64,000 nt of DNA from Thermodesulfobacteriota bacterium. GTDB taxonomy: Bacteria > Desulfobacterota_D > UBA1144 > Nemesobacterales > Nemesobacteraceae. Shown here in pieces: positions 29,069 through 39,166 of this stretch (positions within the stretch are counted from its first letter, which is position 1; every line of letters starts with the position of its first letter). Where the stretch lies: NCBI GenBank assembly GCA_965116725.1, contig OZ220700.1, positions 273,837 to 337,836 on the forward strand. The letters are read 5' to 3'. The notes beneath the pieces were generated by a model that saw only the letters and a list, made by a program, of their open reading frames with translations, was not told the DNA's origin and made no database searches. Both the position numbers and the translations under genes were made by a program.

Positions 29069-29515
29069 AAATTGTTTCAGAATTGTACTCTCTAAACAAT
29101 TACTTTAGAATCTTTAACTAATCACTTGTAATTATTAGATAAAACAATAAGGAAAAAGCACAATAAGAATTTATTCCTAACAAGAATGAAAGTGTTACTT
29201 GGCTTTTTTAGAGGGAATTATTTATTATTGTTGACAAATTTTCAGTTTATCAATCGAATTTTCATATAAATGGACTAGTTGAATAAGTCCGATATATATC
29301 GGTCAAAAATGATAATTGCTTACGAGGGTATAGCTGTTAAAGTTTTTTGCCCCTTGTAGATTCCCTCGTTCTATATGCGTATACTTAACAGCGTGACTTC
29401 GTCTTGTCATACTTACCATTGTCAAACTTGATAAATACCCTATCTTTCATTGAACCGGTTTTTAGATTTCCTTGCTAAAAACAAAACCGGAACGGAAAAA
29501 CCTCGGGAAAACGCC

Positions 29516-30682
29516 ATGAAACTGAACAGATACGAACTTCGCTCCGTTCTAGTAATAGGAACAATAATCGCGCTTAGGCTTCTAGGGATATTCCTGATAA
29601 TTCCCGTTTTCAGCATATACGCCGTAAACTACGAGGGAGCAACCCTCTCCTCCGCCGGAGTCGCATTTGGAATATACGCCCTTACCCAGAGCCTGCTGCA
29701 GATACCTTTCGGCATGGCGAGTGACAGATTCGGAAGAAAACCGGTAATAGTGTTAGGACTTCTGATCTTTTGCGTTGGAAGCGTTCTCTGCGCTTTTGCA
29801 GACAGCATCTGGGAGCTAATAATAACCAGAGCGATTCAGGGAAGCGGTGCTATAGGAGCAGTTGCCATAGCTATTCTCGGGGACTGCACAAGAAACGAGG
29901 TAAGAGCCCAGTCTTTTATGCTGACTGGAATAATAATCGGAACGGCGTTTATAATTTCGCTCATAGTCGGTCCGGTGCTCGCAGGGAAATTCGGTTTTGA
30001 AAGCCTTTTCTTCATCCTCGCAGCCCTGGGATTAATTGCGGTGCTCGTTACTCTTTTCATGTTCCCGGAACTTCCAAAGAAAAAGACAAGGGACAGAAAA
30101 GAAATTCTTCTCAAACTCAGGGAACCGGAAGTGGGAAGAATTCTTTCCTCAACCTTCATAACATCCATCTGCCTTAACCTTATTCTGTTCATCTATCCTC
30201 TGGACTGGAAAAATATCGGTACCGGCCCCCAAGATCTGTGGTTCGTCTACCTGGTAATACTCGCCCCCAGCGCGCTCCTGGCTAACGCCTACATCAGGAT
30301 TTCAGAAACGAGAAGAAAATTGAAACAGGCAACTAGGTTCGGGCTTTTCTTTTTAGTAGCCGCCTTTTTAATCTATCTGCTCCGAGCATCTGACAGTATC
30401 ACGCTCTATCTCGCGGGGGCGGTGTTTTTTCTTGGATACTCCATATTCCAATCCATACTACCTGCGTTTGTTACGCAAAGAGTCTCCTCGGAGAACAGGG
30501 GTGTGCTCTCCGGTTTTTTCAACCTGGCAAACTTCATGGGGGCCTGCATTGGGGGAATGTCCGCCGGTATACTCTATGAAACACACCCGTCTTTACCCCT
30601 GATATTCGGACTTTTGTTCTTGATACTGTGGAGCTTTGTCGGGCTTCCCGGACCACCGCTTGAGCAAGCAGAAGAAGAATGA
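29516..30682 (+). CDS. MFS transporter (YajR-like)
   Basis: LRLLGIFLIIPV, GIYALTQ.LLQIPFG..SDRFGRKPVI and RAIQGSGAI. Confidence 0.9.
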   Translation: MKLNRYELRSVLVIGTIIALRLLGIFLIIPVFSIYAVNYEGATLSSAGVAFGIYALTQSLLQIPFGMASDRFGRKPVIVLGLLIFCVGSVLCAFADSIWELIITRAIQGSGAIGAVAIAILGDCTRNEVRAQSFMLTGIIIGTAFIISLIVGPVLAGKFGFESLFFILAALGLIAVLVTLFMFPELPKKKTRDRKEILLKLREPEVGRILSSTFITSICLNLILFIYPLDWKNIGTGPQDLWFVYLVILAPSALLANAYIRISETRRKLKQATRFGLFFLVAAFLIYLLRASDSITLYLAGAVFFLGYSIFQSILPAFVTQRVSSENRGVLSGFFNLANFMGACIGGMSAGILYETHPSLPLIFGLLFLILWSFVGLPGPPLEQAEEE

Positions 30683-31146
30683 AGATATATACGCTCAAGA
30701 GAACAGAATTCCTGCCGGTTTCGATTGAAACAGCTTGGGATTTTTTCTCCAACCCGAACAATCTTCCCAAGATAACTCCCTCGGAACTCAACCTGCGGAT
30801 AACATCTGAGGCAGAAGAAAAAATATATCCCGGCATGATAATCACTTACACGGTAACGCCCATCCCTTTTTTCACAAGCGCCTGGACAACGGAAATAACT
30901 CAGGTCGATCCGCCGCACTATTTCGTTGACGAGCAGCGATTCGGGCCCTACAAATTCTGGCACCACAAGCATTTTTTTGCACAGGACGGGGAGCAGACGC
31001 AGGTCCGGGACCTCATTCACTACTCCCTGCCGTTTGACCCGATCGGAAGATTGGCAAATTCGCTTCTGGTAAGCAGGAAACTGGATTCCATATTCAATTA
31101 CAGAAGCGCGTGCTTTAGAAAATTGTTTGGAAATCGAGAGGAATAG
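30679..31146 (+). CDS. SRPBCC-family protein
   Basis: WDFFSNP.NL.KITP and FVDEQRFGPYKFWHHKH. Confidence 0.9.
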   Translation: MKIYTLKRTEFLPVSIETAWDFFSNPNNLPKITPSELNLRITSEAEEKIYPGMIITYTVTPIPFFTSAWTTEITQVDPPHYFVDEQRFGPYKFWHHKHFFAQDGEQTQVRDLIHYSLPFDPIGRLANSLLVSRKLDSIFNYRSACFRKLFGNREE

Positions 31147-31174
31147 CTTAAACTTTCCCCGCTACAGTATCAGC

Positions 31175-31203
31175 TTGATGTGTAATGTAACCCAAGGTAT
31201 ATT
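31175..31203 (+). promoter_or_regulatory. Sigma70-type promoter for metF
   Basis: TTGATG-17 nt-TATATT. Confidence 0.5.
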
Positions 31204-31366
31204 GAGCAATCTAGATTTACATGTAAGAGGGCACGGAATTCCACGAGGTAGATTATGTCCGTGGGCTTGACCCGGCTATTTTGATTACAGCACTTTTGGA
31301 CTTCAAAAACCCGTTGGAAATTGAAAGAAAGACCACCTTGCAAACTCTGGTTCTCGAGGAAAAACC

Positions 31367-32245
31367 GTGAATTTTTCTGAATACAAGAACAAAAAAAAAG
31401 ATGCTCCTCTTATATCCTTTGAGGTCTTTCCTCCGAAAGACGATCCTGAATTCGAAAAACTCAAAGATACCCTTGCGAGACTAGCCGAACTTTCGCCCGC
31501 CATAATAACGGTAACGCACGGTGCCATGGGAAAGGGGCGTAAAAGAACGGCTGAAGTTGCCTCCTACGTAAAAAACGTTATAGGGACGGAGAGCGCCTGT
31601 CACCTGACCTGCATAGGATATTCCGAAAAGGAAATAGATCTGATGCTCGAGCAGATTGAACAGGAGAAAATACGCAACATAGTGGCCCTCAGGGGAGATA
31701 TTCCGAAGGAAAATGGCGAGAAGCTGCTGTCCGAGGGAGCTTTCCAGCACGCAAATCAGCTCGTGGAACACATAAGAGAATACGAGAAAGAAAAACCGCA
31801 GCAGTTTTCCATAGCAATCGCTGGCTATCCGGAAAAACATATCGAATCCCCAAGTTTTGAGGAGGATATATCCAATCTTAAAAAAAAGGTGGATGCCGGA
31901 GCCGATATCATAATTACTCAGCTCTTTTTCGATAACCGTTACTATTTTGACTATGTCGACAGAGTAAGGGCAGCAGGAATAGACCTTCCCGTAATCCCGG
32001 GTCTTATGCCCGTGCTCTCATCAAAACAGGTGATAAGAATATCGTCTCTTTGCGGAACGGAGATACCTGAAGCCCTGAGAAAGAAACTGGAAAATGCAGG
32101 AGACGATAACCGCAAGGCGGTGGAAGTGGGAATCGCACAGTGCAGAGACCAGGTAAGGGAACTTATAGCCGAAAAAGTACCTGGAATTCATTTCTATGTT
32201 CTCAACAGAACCTCCCACATAGAAAAGATTCTGGAATCCGTCTGA
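31367..32245 (+). CDS. metF: Methylenetetrahydrofolate reductase
   Basis: SFEVFPPK, HLTC, ALRGD, AGYPEKH, KKVDAGA, TQLFFDN and HFYVLN. Confidence 0.96.
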   Translation: MNFSEYKNKKKDAPLISFEVFPPKDDPEFEKLKDTLARLAELSPAIITVTHGAMGKGRKRTAEVASYVKNVIGTESACHLTCIGYSEKEIDLMLEQIEQEKIRNIVALRGDIPKENGEKLLSEGAFQHANQLVEHIREYEKEKPQQFSIAIAGYPEKHIESPSFEEDISNLKKKVDAGADIIITQLFFDNRYYFDYVDRVRAAGIDLPVIPGLMPVLSSKQVIRISSLCGTEIPEALRKKLENAGDDNRKAVEVGIAQCRDQVRELIAEKVPGIHFYVLNRTSHIEKILESV

Positions 32246-32922
32246 TGCCTGAAACAAGGAAAATTTTCGATGAAGTGGCGAGTCACTACGACTGGCTAAA
32301 TACTCTGTTCAGCCTTGGAATTCACAAACTTTGGAGAAAGAAGCTCGCAGAAGAGTTGCGCGACGTCGAGTACAACCTGGACATAGCAACCGGGACGGCA
32401 GAAGTTGCGATTGAAATCGCAAAAAAATACCCCGCAACCAAAACGGTCGGGATTGATCCCAGCATGAACATGCTCCGGATAGCAGAAAAGAAAATTAAAG
32501 ACCTTGATTTAAGGGGCAAAATAGCTCTTGTATCGGCCGCGGCTGAAAATCTCCCCTTTGCGGAGAAACAGTTTAACTCCGTCACCATAGCATTCGGTAT
32601 AAGAAACACAGCAGATTACGAACTTTCCCTGAGAGAGATGAGAAGGGTCCTAAGGGAAAACGGAAAACTTCTCATACTTGAATTTGCGATTCCGAAAAAT
32701 CCCGTTTTCAAGCCCATATACATGTTTTACTTCAGAGTCTTGATGCCTCTTGTCGGAAGCATTTACGGCAGAGGCAAGGAATACAGATATCTTGCTGAAT
32801 CCGCCGCCGCGTTTCCTCAAAGAAAGAATTTCATAAGCCATCTTGAGAACGCGGGGTTTCGGGATTGTCAATACTCAGAACTCACGATGGGAGTAGTAGC
32901 TCTCTATCGCGCAACTAGGTAA
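32245..32922 (+). CDS. ubiE: UbiE/MenG quinone C-methyltransferase
   Basis: FDEVASHYDWLN..S.GIHKLWR, LDIATGT, IAFGIRN and YRYLAES. Confidence 0.9.
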   Translation: MPETRKIFDEVASHYDWLNTLFSLGIHKLWRKKLAEELRDVEYNLDIATGTAEVAIEIAKKYPATKTVGIDPSMNMLRIAEKKIKDLDLRGKIALVSAAAENLPFAEKQFNSVTIAFGIRNTADYELSLREMRRVLRENGKLLILEFAIPKNPVFKPIYMFYFRVLMPLVGSIYGRGKEYRYLAESAAAFPQRKNFISHLENAGFRDCQYSELTMGVVALYRATR

Positions 32923-32953
32923 CCAGGGGGCTATCGATTCTTCTTTCCGCGGA

Positions 32954-33598
32954 CTATGGGTAAAGCCTGTCTATACTCCAGCCACCATCTGGGGAAGGAA
33001 TATATCTGAAACGATCGTGAAGCCTGTTCTTTCTTCCCTGCCAGAACTCAAAGCGCACTGGACTCACTACGTATCCTTTCCAGAACTCAGGCCGCGCTAT
33101 ACTTTTTCCTTTCCGTTCAGACCGAAACTGGTCGTATTGCTCCTCAAGCAGTTGCCTGCTTGCAACAACCTCGCTCTGCTTCGAAACACATGCTCCTATC
33201 CGACTTTGGCGAGGCCTAGACGTAAAATATTCATCGGCTTCCCGTTCCGGCAGAAGTGAGACTTCGCCGTCTATCTTCACCTGCCTTTCAAATTCAGACC
33301 ACCAGAAGCAAAGCGAAGCGACCGGATTCTCAGCTATATCTCGTCCCTTACGACTAAGAGAATTTGAATAGAAGGAAAAACCCCTTTCGTCATAACCCTT
33401 GAGAAGGACCACTCTTGAGGACGGAACGCCATCCGCTCCTACCGTAGAAAGAATAAAAGCGTTTGGAAAATCGATTTCCGCTTTAAGAACCTCGCCATAC
33501 CAGAGATCAAACTGAACAAACGGGTTTTCGTCAAGATCTTTTCTTTCAAGTTTCAATTTCAGGTACTGGCGTGAATGGAACTTATTTTTCTTCGACAT
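32954..33598 (-). CDS. pdxH: Pyridoxamine 5'-phosphate oxidase
   Basis: SRVVLLKG, RQVKIDG, YF.SRPR.S.IGA and EFWQGR..RLHDR. Confidence 0.96.
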   Translation of the reverse strand: MSKKNKFHSRQYLKLKLERKDLDENPFVQFDLWYGEVLKAEIDFPNAFILSTVGADGVPSSRVVLLKGYDERGFSFYSNSLSRKGRDIAENPVASLCFWWSEFERQVKIDGEVSLLPEREADEYFTSRPRQSRIGACVSKQSEVVASRQLLEEQYDQFRSERKGKSIARPEFWKGYVVSPVRFEFWQGRKNRLHDRFRYIPSPDGGWSIDRLYP

Positions 33599-33599
33599 T

Positions 33600-34496
33600 T
33601 TATTTCGGAACAACACCCTCAAGTGCGCAACCCAGATCTTCGTGCAAGAACTCGTAACCGGAGGAAAGAAGTTTCTCAGGAAAAACCTTGCTACCGGCAA
33701 GCATCGTGGAGCGGCCCATCTCTCCGAACAAAAGCCTTACGGCAAATGCGGGAGTTGAAAACCATGCGGGTCTTCGTAGAAGTGACGCAAGCGTGGTGGT
33801 AAACTGCCTATTAGTCACCGGATTTGGAGATACCGCATTAACGGGACCGTTTACTTCTCCCCGTTCCAGCAAATAAATAATTATCCGCGAAAGATCCTCT
33901 ATCGATATCCAGCTTAAATACTGATCGCCACTTCCAATAACTCCCCCAAGACCCTTTTTAAAAAGAGGCAGCAAAGAACTCAGTATGCCTCCTTCGGGAC
34001 TTAGTACGACGCCTAAGCGCAGGTTTATGACCCTTACGCCAAGGTCAGAGGCCCTTTGGGCCTCATTCTCCCATTCGCAGCAAACATCAGGAAGAAACCC
34101 AGAGCCAGCCACCGAACGCTCAGTAAGTCTTTCTTCCCCCCTGTCCCCATAGTAACCGATTGCCGAAGCACAGATAAGGGTTTTGGGAGGATGTTGAAGC
34201 GCAGAGAAAAGACTCACCAAATAGCGGGTACTGTGCACCCTGCTCTGCCGTATCGAATTCTTTTTCTCTTCAGTCCATCTGCACACTATATTCTCCCCCG
34301 AGAGATGAACAACAGCGTCAAAACCCTCAAGCAAAGATAGATCTTCGACATAGCCCTCCGCTGGATTCCAGAAAATCAGATTCTCTCCTTCCACCTGCGA
34401 CCTTACAAGACGCCATATCTCATAGGAATCCGAGGGAATGGAATTAAGAAGATGGGTTCCCACGGTTCCTGTCGATCCTGAAACAAGTATTTTCAT
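33600..34496 (-). CDS. TIGR01777-family oxidoreductase/epimerase
   Basis: SGSTGTVG, HLSGENI...WT..KK..I..SR, ASAIGYYG and GSGDQY.SWI. Confidence 0.92.
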   Translation of the reverse strand: MKILVSGSTGTVGTHLLNSIPSDSYEIWRLVRSQVEGENLIFWNPAEGYVEDLSLLEGFDAVVHLSGENIVCRWTEEKKNSIRQSRVHSTRYLVSLFSALQHPPKTLICASAIGYYGDRGEERLTERSVAGSGFLPDVCCEWENEAQRASDLGVRVINLRLGVVLSPEGGILSSLLPLFKKGLGGVIGSGDQYLSWISIEDLSRIIIYLLERGEVNGPVNAVSPNPVTNRQFTTTLASLLRRPAWFSTPAFAVRLLFGEMGRSTMLAGSKVFPEKLLSSGYEFLHEDLGCALEGVVPK

Positions 34497-34520
34497 TTTC
34501 CTAGCTGAAAAACCCGGGTC

Positions 34521-35534
34521 TCATGAGGCAAAAGCCTCGATTAATCGCTCCTGGTACTCCCTTACCTCCTTGAAATCAAGAAAATAATGAGGGGCACTGA
34601 GTACAGGAAGGTCTACATATCTCCTGTACTCCTCCACTCTCCCCCTGCAATGTTCCGCATCCCCTACAACGGCAAACGCTTCAACCATTTCATCACTGAC
34701 ACCTTTTATCATCGCACGGATATCTTTTCTACGAAAAGCATCCCTTATCCCTTTGACCTCATCCGTAAAACCGTGAAGCCTGAAAGGAGGATCATAGGCT
34801 TTTACCGTAGCGTAAAAGGCTATGGTCGCCCTAGCGGCTTCTCTCGCCTTCTCCCAGTCATGCGAAACGGCACAGGTAATAATCGAGCATTTCATGAAAT
34901 CTCCGTTTTTTCTACGTTTCTCAAGTCTTTCTTCAAGCGAAGGCGAAACTACCCTTTTTATATATTCAAGCGAACAGACTACATGTCCCATGTAACCGTC
35001 CGCGATTTCGGCAGCAGCACTAACCATGTTGCTTCCTATACCGGCCACGAATATAGGTATATTTTGTCTGACGGGTTCAAAAGCCCTTTTGTAACCCCTT
35101 GTGTTTACGCTGTAGAACTGCCCTTCGAAAACAATATCATCGCCTGTATGAGCCTCGGACAGAATCTCCCTTATTAACCCAACGCATTCCCTTATCCTCG
35201 CAACCGGCCTGTCTCCATAGAAAACACCGTGGAAATTCTCGTTCGTTCTCTTTGCCCCGGTACCAAGACCCAGTATCAACCTCCCCGAACTTATTTCGTC
35301 AAGATCAAGAGAAGTAATGGAAGTAACCAGCGGGCTTCTCACAAAGGCAAGAGCAACTGCGGTGCCGAGCTTTATTTCAGAGGTGACTGGAGCAATTGCA
35401 GAGAGTTGCTGAAAAGGTGTCCTGTAAAGTTCCGTAGCCCAGACAGAGTGAAAATTCGCTTTTTCAGCGGCAACAGCTAGATCCTTGAGTTCTTCAATTG
35501 ATCTTGCATCAAGTATAAACCCGACTCTTTTCAT
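34521..35534 (-). CDS. LLM-class flavin/F420-dependent oxidoreductase (Mer-like)
   Basis: AE...F.SVWATE, IKLGTAV, LDEISSGRLILGLG and AAEIADG. Confidence 0.88.
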   Translation of the reverse strand: MKRVGFILDARSIEELKDLAVAAEKANFHSVWATELYRTPFQQLSAIAPVTSEIKLGTAVALAFVRSPLVTSITSLDLDEISSGRLILGLGTGAKRTNENFHGVFYGDRPVARIRECVGLIREILSEAHTGDDIVFEGQFYSVNTRGYKRAFEPVRQNIPIFVAGIGSNMVSAAAEIADGYMGHVVCSLEYIKRVVSPSLEERLEKRRKNGDFMKCSIITCAVSHDWEKAREAARATIAFYATVKAYDPPFRLHGFTDEVKGIRDAFRRKDIRAMIKGVSDEMVEAFAVVGDAEHCRGRVEEYRRYVDLPVLSAPHYFLDFKEVREYQERLIEAFAS

Positions 35535-35564
35535 CAGGTCTATTATAAATAATAGGGAAGACGG

Positions 35565-35589
35565 AAAAAACCCGCTAGGTGTGTGCGGG
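35565..35589 (-). terminator. Intrinsic terminator of the alpha operon
   Basis: Minus strand CCCGC-9 nt-GCGGG-T6, downstream of the L17 tail stop. Confidence 0.6.
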
Positions 35590-35603
35590 GAAAAAAAAAG
35601 GAA

Positions 35604-36459
35604 TTAATCCTCGGTTTTTTCGGAAGAACCAGCTTGCTCTTTGGGTTCTTGGGACTCAGCTTCGGTCACTTCGGCTTCGCCTTCTTCCTCCGCCCGGTTC
35701 TCTGTGGTTTCCTCTTGCTCAGTTGGATCAGACTCTTTCGCAGGTTTCTTCTTCGAACTTTTCTTCGGGGACTTGGCCTCGGTCACTTCGGCCTCAGCCT
35801 GCTCGTCCGTCCGATTCTCTGCGGTTTCCTCTTGCTCAGTTTGGATCAGACTCTCACTTCGCAGGATTCTTGCGGTTTCCTCTTGCTCGAGACTCTTTCG
35901 CAGGTTTCTTCTTCGAACTTTTCTTCGGGGACTTGGCCTCGGTCACTTCGGCCTCAGCCTGCTCGTCCGTCCGATTCTCTGCGGTTTCCTCTTGCTCGAC
36001 CAGACCAAGTTCTTCTGCGGATTTCTTCTTCGAACTTTTCTTCGGTGCGCTCTTGGTTTCGGCCTTGGGTTTTGCCTTCCGTCTTTTTCTCTTGGCCTTG
36101 TACTCCTCGGTCACGAGTTCAACAAGAGAAATGGGGGCATTATCTCCCCTTCTGTAACCAAGCTTCACAATCCTTGTATAGCCACCGGGACGCTCCATAT
36201 ACCTCTGAGCAAGTTCGGAGAAAAGTTTTTCTACAACCGCTCGATCCCTTATATATCCCAGAGCCTTTCTTCTCGCGTGAAGACTACCGTTCTTGCCCAA
36301 AGTTACGAGCTTCTCCACAACCCTTCTTATTTCCTTGGCCCTTGTGTCAGTTGTATTTATCCTGCCGTTACGCAAAAGATCCGTAGCCATGTTGCGGAAC
36401 ATGGCCTTTCTGTGTTTTGTAGTAACTCCCAGTTTTCTTCCCGATTTTCTGTGTCTCAT
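35604..36459 (-). CDS. rplQ: 50S ribosomal protein L17 with a long repetitive C-terminal tail. As read it is frameshifted and stops at 35854; the repeat frame continues to 35604.
   Basis: [11 protein letters not shown] and [17 protein letters not shown]; the tail repeats [17 protein letters not shown]. Confidence 0.95.
35663..36045. repeat. 117-bp (39-codon) tandem repeat in the rplQ tail, about 3 copies, interrupted by 43 extra nt
   Basis: 35730-35837 is identical to 35890-35997. Motif periods are 117 bp (35711/35828; 35914/36031). Confidence 0.92.
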
Positions 36460-36489
36460 CTTTCCACCGTATACGGACCCGAATCCCGA

Positions 36490-37515
36490 TCACTCTCCGG
36501 AATTCTCAGAACTCCGCCTTTGCTTTTCGTCTTCAAAGACCTCGGTGTCTATAACCATCCCAAGACTCAGACCCATTTCCTTAAGTCTAGCGTTCACCTC
36601 TTCAAGGGAAGTTTTTCCGAAATTCTCAAGATCAAGAAGTTGTTGCTCTGTCTTCTGAACCACTTCTCCAATGTATTTTATTTCCGCCTTTTTAAGACAG
36701 TTTATAGATCTCACCGAAAGTTCTACGTCCTCTATGGGAATAAAAAGCTTGTCGTCGGTCCCACTTATACCCATGGACTCTTCCTCTTCCACCTTGTCCA
36801 CGAGTTCCTCATCAAAATCAATGAAGACGCTTAGCTGCTGCTTAATAATTTTTGCACTGTAAGCAAGTGCCTCCTCGGGAAGAATCGTACCGTTTGTCCA
36901 TATTTCAATGGTCAGTTTCTGATAATCGGTCCTCTGCCCCACCCTGGCGTTGGTAACTGAGTAATTAACTTTTTTGACGGGCGAGAAAAACGCATCAACA
37001 TGTATCAGGCCTATTGACTTCTCAGTCTCTCTTCTCGATACTGGCTCGTAACCGCTTCCCATCTTCACTGTTAGTTCCATTTCAAGCTTCGCGTCATCCC
37101 CCAAGGTCGCTATGTGCTGTTCGCCGTTAACCACTTCCACCATGTGGGTCGTCTCTATGTCGGACGCCTTGACTTCTGCCGGGCCCTCCGCTTTCAGAAT
37201 TACTGTCTGCGGATCGTAAGTATGCATTTTGAGATCCACGTTCTTAAGGTTCAGTATGATCTCAGTAACATCTTCCATAACTCCCGGTATGGTAGAAAAC
37301 TCGTGCCGTACTTTGTCTATCTTGACAGCGGTAATAGCAGGACCCTGTATCGAGGACAGAAGAACCCTTCTAAGCGCGTTACCAAGAGTAATACCGTAGC
37401 CCGGTTCAAGAGGCTCGCAGATAAATTTGCTGTAGAAAGGAGTTGATACCTGCTCGTCTTTTTCAAGCGCTTTGGGGTATTGCAAATCTCTCCAGTTTTT
37501 CTGAAAATTCTCCAA
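36490..37515 (-). CDS. rpoA: RNA polymerase alpha subunit
   Basis: EPLEPGYG.TLGNALRRVLLSS, HEFSTIPGV.ED and LSVRS.NCL. Confidence 0.98.
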   Translation of the reverse strand: MENFQKNWRDLQYPKALEKDEQVSTPFYSKFICEPLEPGYGITLGNALRRVLLSSIQGPAITAVKIDKVRHEFSTIPGVMEDVTEIILNLKNVDLKMHTYDPQTVILKAEGPAEVKASDIETTHMVEVVNGEQHIATLGDDAKLEMELTVKMGSGYEPVSRRETEKSIGLIHVDAFFSPVKKVNYSVTNARVGQRTDYQKLTIEIWTNGTILPEEALAYSAKIIKQQLSVFIDFDEELVDKVEEEESMGISGTDDKLFIPIEDVELSVRSINCLKKAEIKYIGEVVQKTEQQLLDLENFGKTSLEEVNARLKEMGLSLGMVIDTEVFEDEKQRRSSENSGE

Positions 37516-37545
37516 GTTTCACACCTCCGTGTGTGCCAGGCTTTT

Positions 37546-38184
37546 CTAGACTCTTGAGTAAAACTCAACGATCAACTGTTCATCTATGGGAACCGTCACG
37601 TCCTCTCTCTCGGGAAGTTTGGTTACAACTCCGCTGTAATTTTCCCTGTCGAGCTCGAGCCACTGGGGAAAACCCCTTCTCTCAAGACCTTCAAGAGACT
37701 GGTTAACGTGCGGGTTACTTCTGGTTTTTGCCTTGATTTCTATTTTGTTTCCCTGCTCAACGCTGAAAGAGGGGATGTTGACTCTCTTGCCGTCCACGAG
37801 AACATGTCCAAGCCAGACTAAGTGTCTGGCCTCGTTGCGAGAACTCGCAAACCCGAGACGGTAGACCACATTGTCAAGCCTTCTCTCAAGAAGCAGTATG
37901 AGCATTGCGCCAGTCACTCCGCTTCTCCTCGCAGCTTCGGCAAAATAACGGCTGAACTGCTTTTCGGTCAACCCGTAAATACGCTTAACCTTTTGTTTTT
38001 CCCTCAATCTTATTCCGTAGTCGGAGAACTTGGAACGGCCAATCGCGGCCCCGTGAACTCCAGGTCCGCGGTTAGGCCTTTTCTGTATGGCACATTTTGA
38101 CGTATAACACCTAGCGCCCTTAAGAAAAAGCTGTTCGCCCTCTCTCCTGCAAAGCTTACAAGATGGTCCTCTATACCTAGCCAA
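37546..38184 (-). CDS. rpsD: 30S ribosomal protein S4
   Basis: MARYRGP.CK.CRREG, LREKQK and LERRLDNVVYRLG. Confidence 0.98.
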   Translation of the reverse strand: MARYRGPSCKLCRREGEQLFLKGARCYTSKCAIQKRPNRGPGVHGAAIGRSKFSDYGIRLREKQKVKRIYGLTEKQFSRYFAEAARRSGVTGAMLILLLERRLDNVVYRLGFASSRNEARHLVWLGHVLVDGKRVNIPSFSVEQGNKIEIKAKTRSNPHVNQSLEGLERRGFPQWLELDRENYSGVVTKLPEREDVTVPIDEQLIVEFYSRV

Positions 38185-38235
38185 TTACCTTCTTCCTCCT
38201 CGCAAACAACGTGAACATGATCTCTCCCACAACGC

Positions 38236-38619
38236 CTACACCCTTCTTCTTCCAGGTGGTCTGCAACCATTATGGGGGATCGGGGTGACATCCTTTATCA
38301 TCATCACTTTCACCCCAGCAGCCTGAACAGCTCTTATCGCCGGCTCCCTTCCGGGACCGGGACCGCTCACGTAAACATTAGCTGACTTCAGCCCAAAGGT
38401 CTTTGCCTTTTTCGATGCGTCATCCGCCGCCACTTGGGCCGCAAACGGCGTCCCCTTCCTGGTGCCCTTAAACCCCCTGTTGCCGCCGCTTGACCAAGCT
38501 ATGACGTTCCCATTCATATCGCTGATCGTGACTATAGTGTTGTTAAAAGTAGCCTGTATGTTGACCACTCCATGTTCAACGAATTTCTTTGTTTTCTTCT
38601 TTGTGAATTTTCTGCTCAT
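38236..38619 (-). CDS. rpsK: 30S ribosomal protein S11
   Basis: ATFNNTI, TPFAAQ and [13 protein letters not shown]. Confidence 0.98.
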   Translation of the reverse strand: MSRKFTKKKTKKFVEHGVVNIQATFNNTIVTISDMNGNVIAWSSGGNRGFKGTRKGTPFAAQVAADDASKKAKTFGLKSANVYVSGPGPGREPAIRAVQAAGVKVMMIKDVTPIPHNGCRPPGRRRV

Positions 38620-38631
38620 CTGGAAAAACCC

Positions 38632-39012
38632 TTATTTGCCGGCTTTTTTCTTCTTTGCTATCGCTGTACCCCTGCGACCCTTTCTCGTTCTTGCGTTCGA
38701 CTTGGTTTTCTGTCCCCTTACCGGAAGTCCCGTCCTGTGCCTAATACCCCTGTAGCAACCTATCTCCACTAGGCGCCTTATGTTGAGCTGAACCTCCTTT
38801 CTCAGGTCTCCCTCAACGGTGTACTCACCTTCAATTATCGTCCGCAGTTTTGTTACTTCCTGATCGTCAAGATCCCCTGATTTTTTGTTTATATCTATAC
38901 CGGCCTTATCGAGTATAACGTTTGAAGTCGCCTTACCTATACCGTAGATATACGTAAGACCTATTTCTACTCTTTTGTTAAGCGGTATATCAACACCTGC
39001 TATTCTAGGCAT
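38632..39012 (-). CDS. rpsM: 30S ribosomal protein S13
   Basis: [14 protein letters not shown] and GLPVRGQ.TK.NARTRKG. Confidence 0.98.
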   Translation of the reverse strand: MPRIAGVDIPLNKRVEIGLTYIYGIGKATSNVILDKAGIDINKKSGDLDDQEVTKLRTIIEGEYTVEGDLRKEVQLNIRRLVEIGCYRGIRHRTGLPVRGQKTKSNARTRKGRRGTAIAKKKKAGK

Positions 39013-39033
39013 TAAGGCATATCCTCCTGAGTG

Positions 39034-39147
39034 CTATCCTTGTCTCTGCTTGTGCCTTTTGTTGACACAGATCACCCGCACGACCCCCCTGCGCTTGATG
39101 ATCTTGCACTTGTCGCATATTTTTTTTACCGATGCCCTCGTTTTCAC
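39034..39147 (-). CDS. rpmJ: 50S ribosomal protein L36 (Zn type)
   Basis: GTG start; [14 protein letters not shown]...VIC.N.RHKQRQG. Confidence 0.96.
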   Translation of the reverse strand: MKTRASVKKICDKCKIIKRRGVVRVICVNKRHKQRQG

Positions 39148-39166
39148 TTTACTTTCGCCCCTGTCT

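Noticed and set aside
28899-29108. 69-aa + strand ORF
   Set aside because: No recognisable motif; the region is better explained by RNA secondary structure.
29069-29450. oriC
   Set aside because: AT-rich, but I found no DnaA boxes and there is no dnaA/dnaN/gidA context.
35663-36045. CRISPR array
   Set aside because: The units are 117-bp coding repeats without unique spacers, and there are no cas genes.
35579-36834. Long + strand ORFs (192, 267 and 397 aa)
   Set aside because: Antisense shadows of rplQ/rpoA, kept open by the low-complexity repeat.
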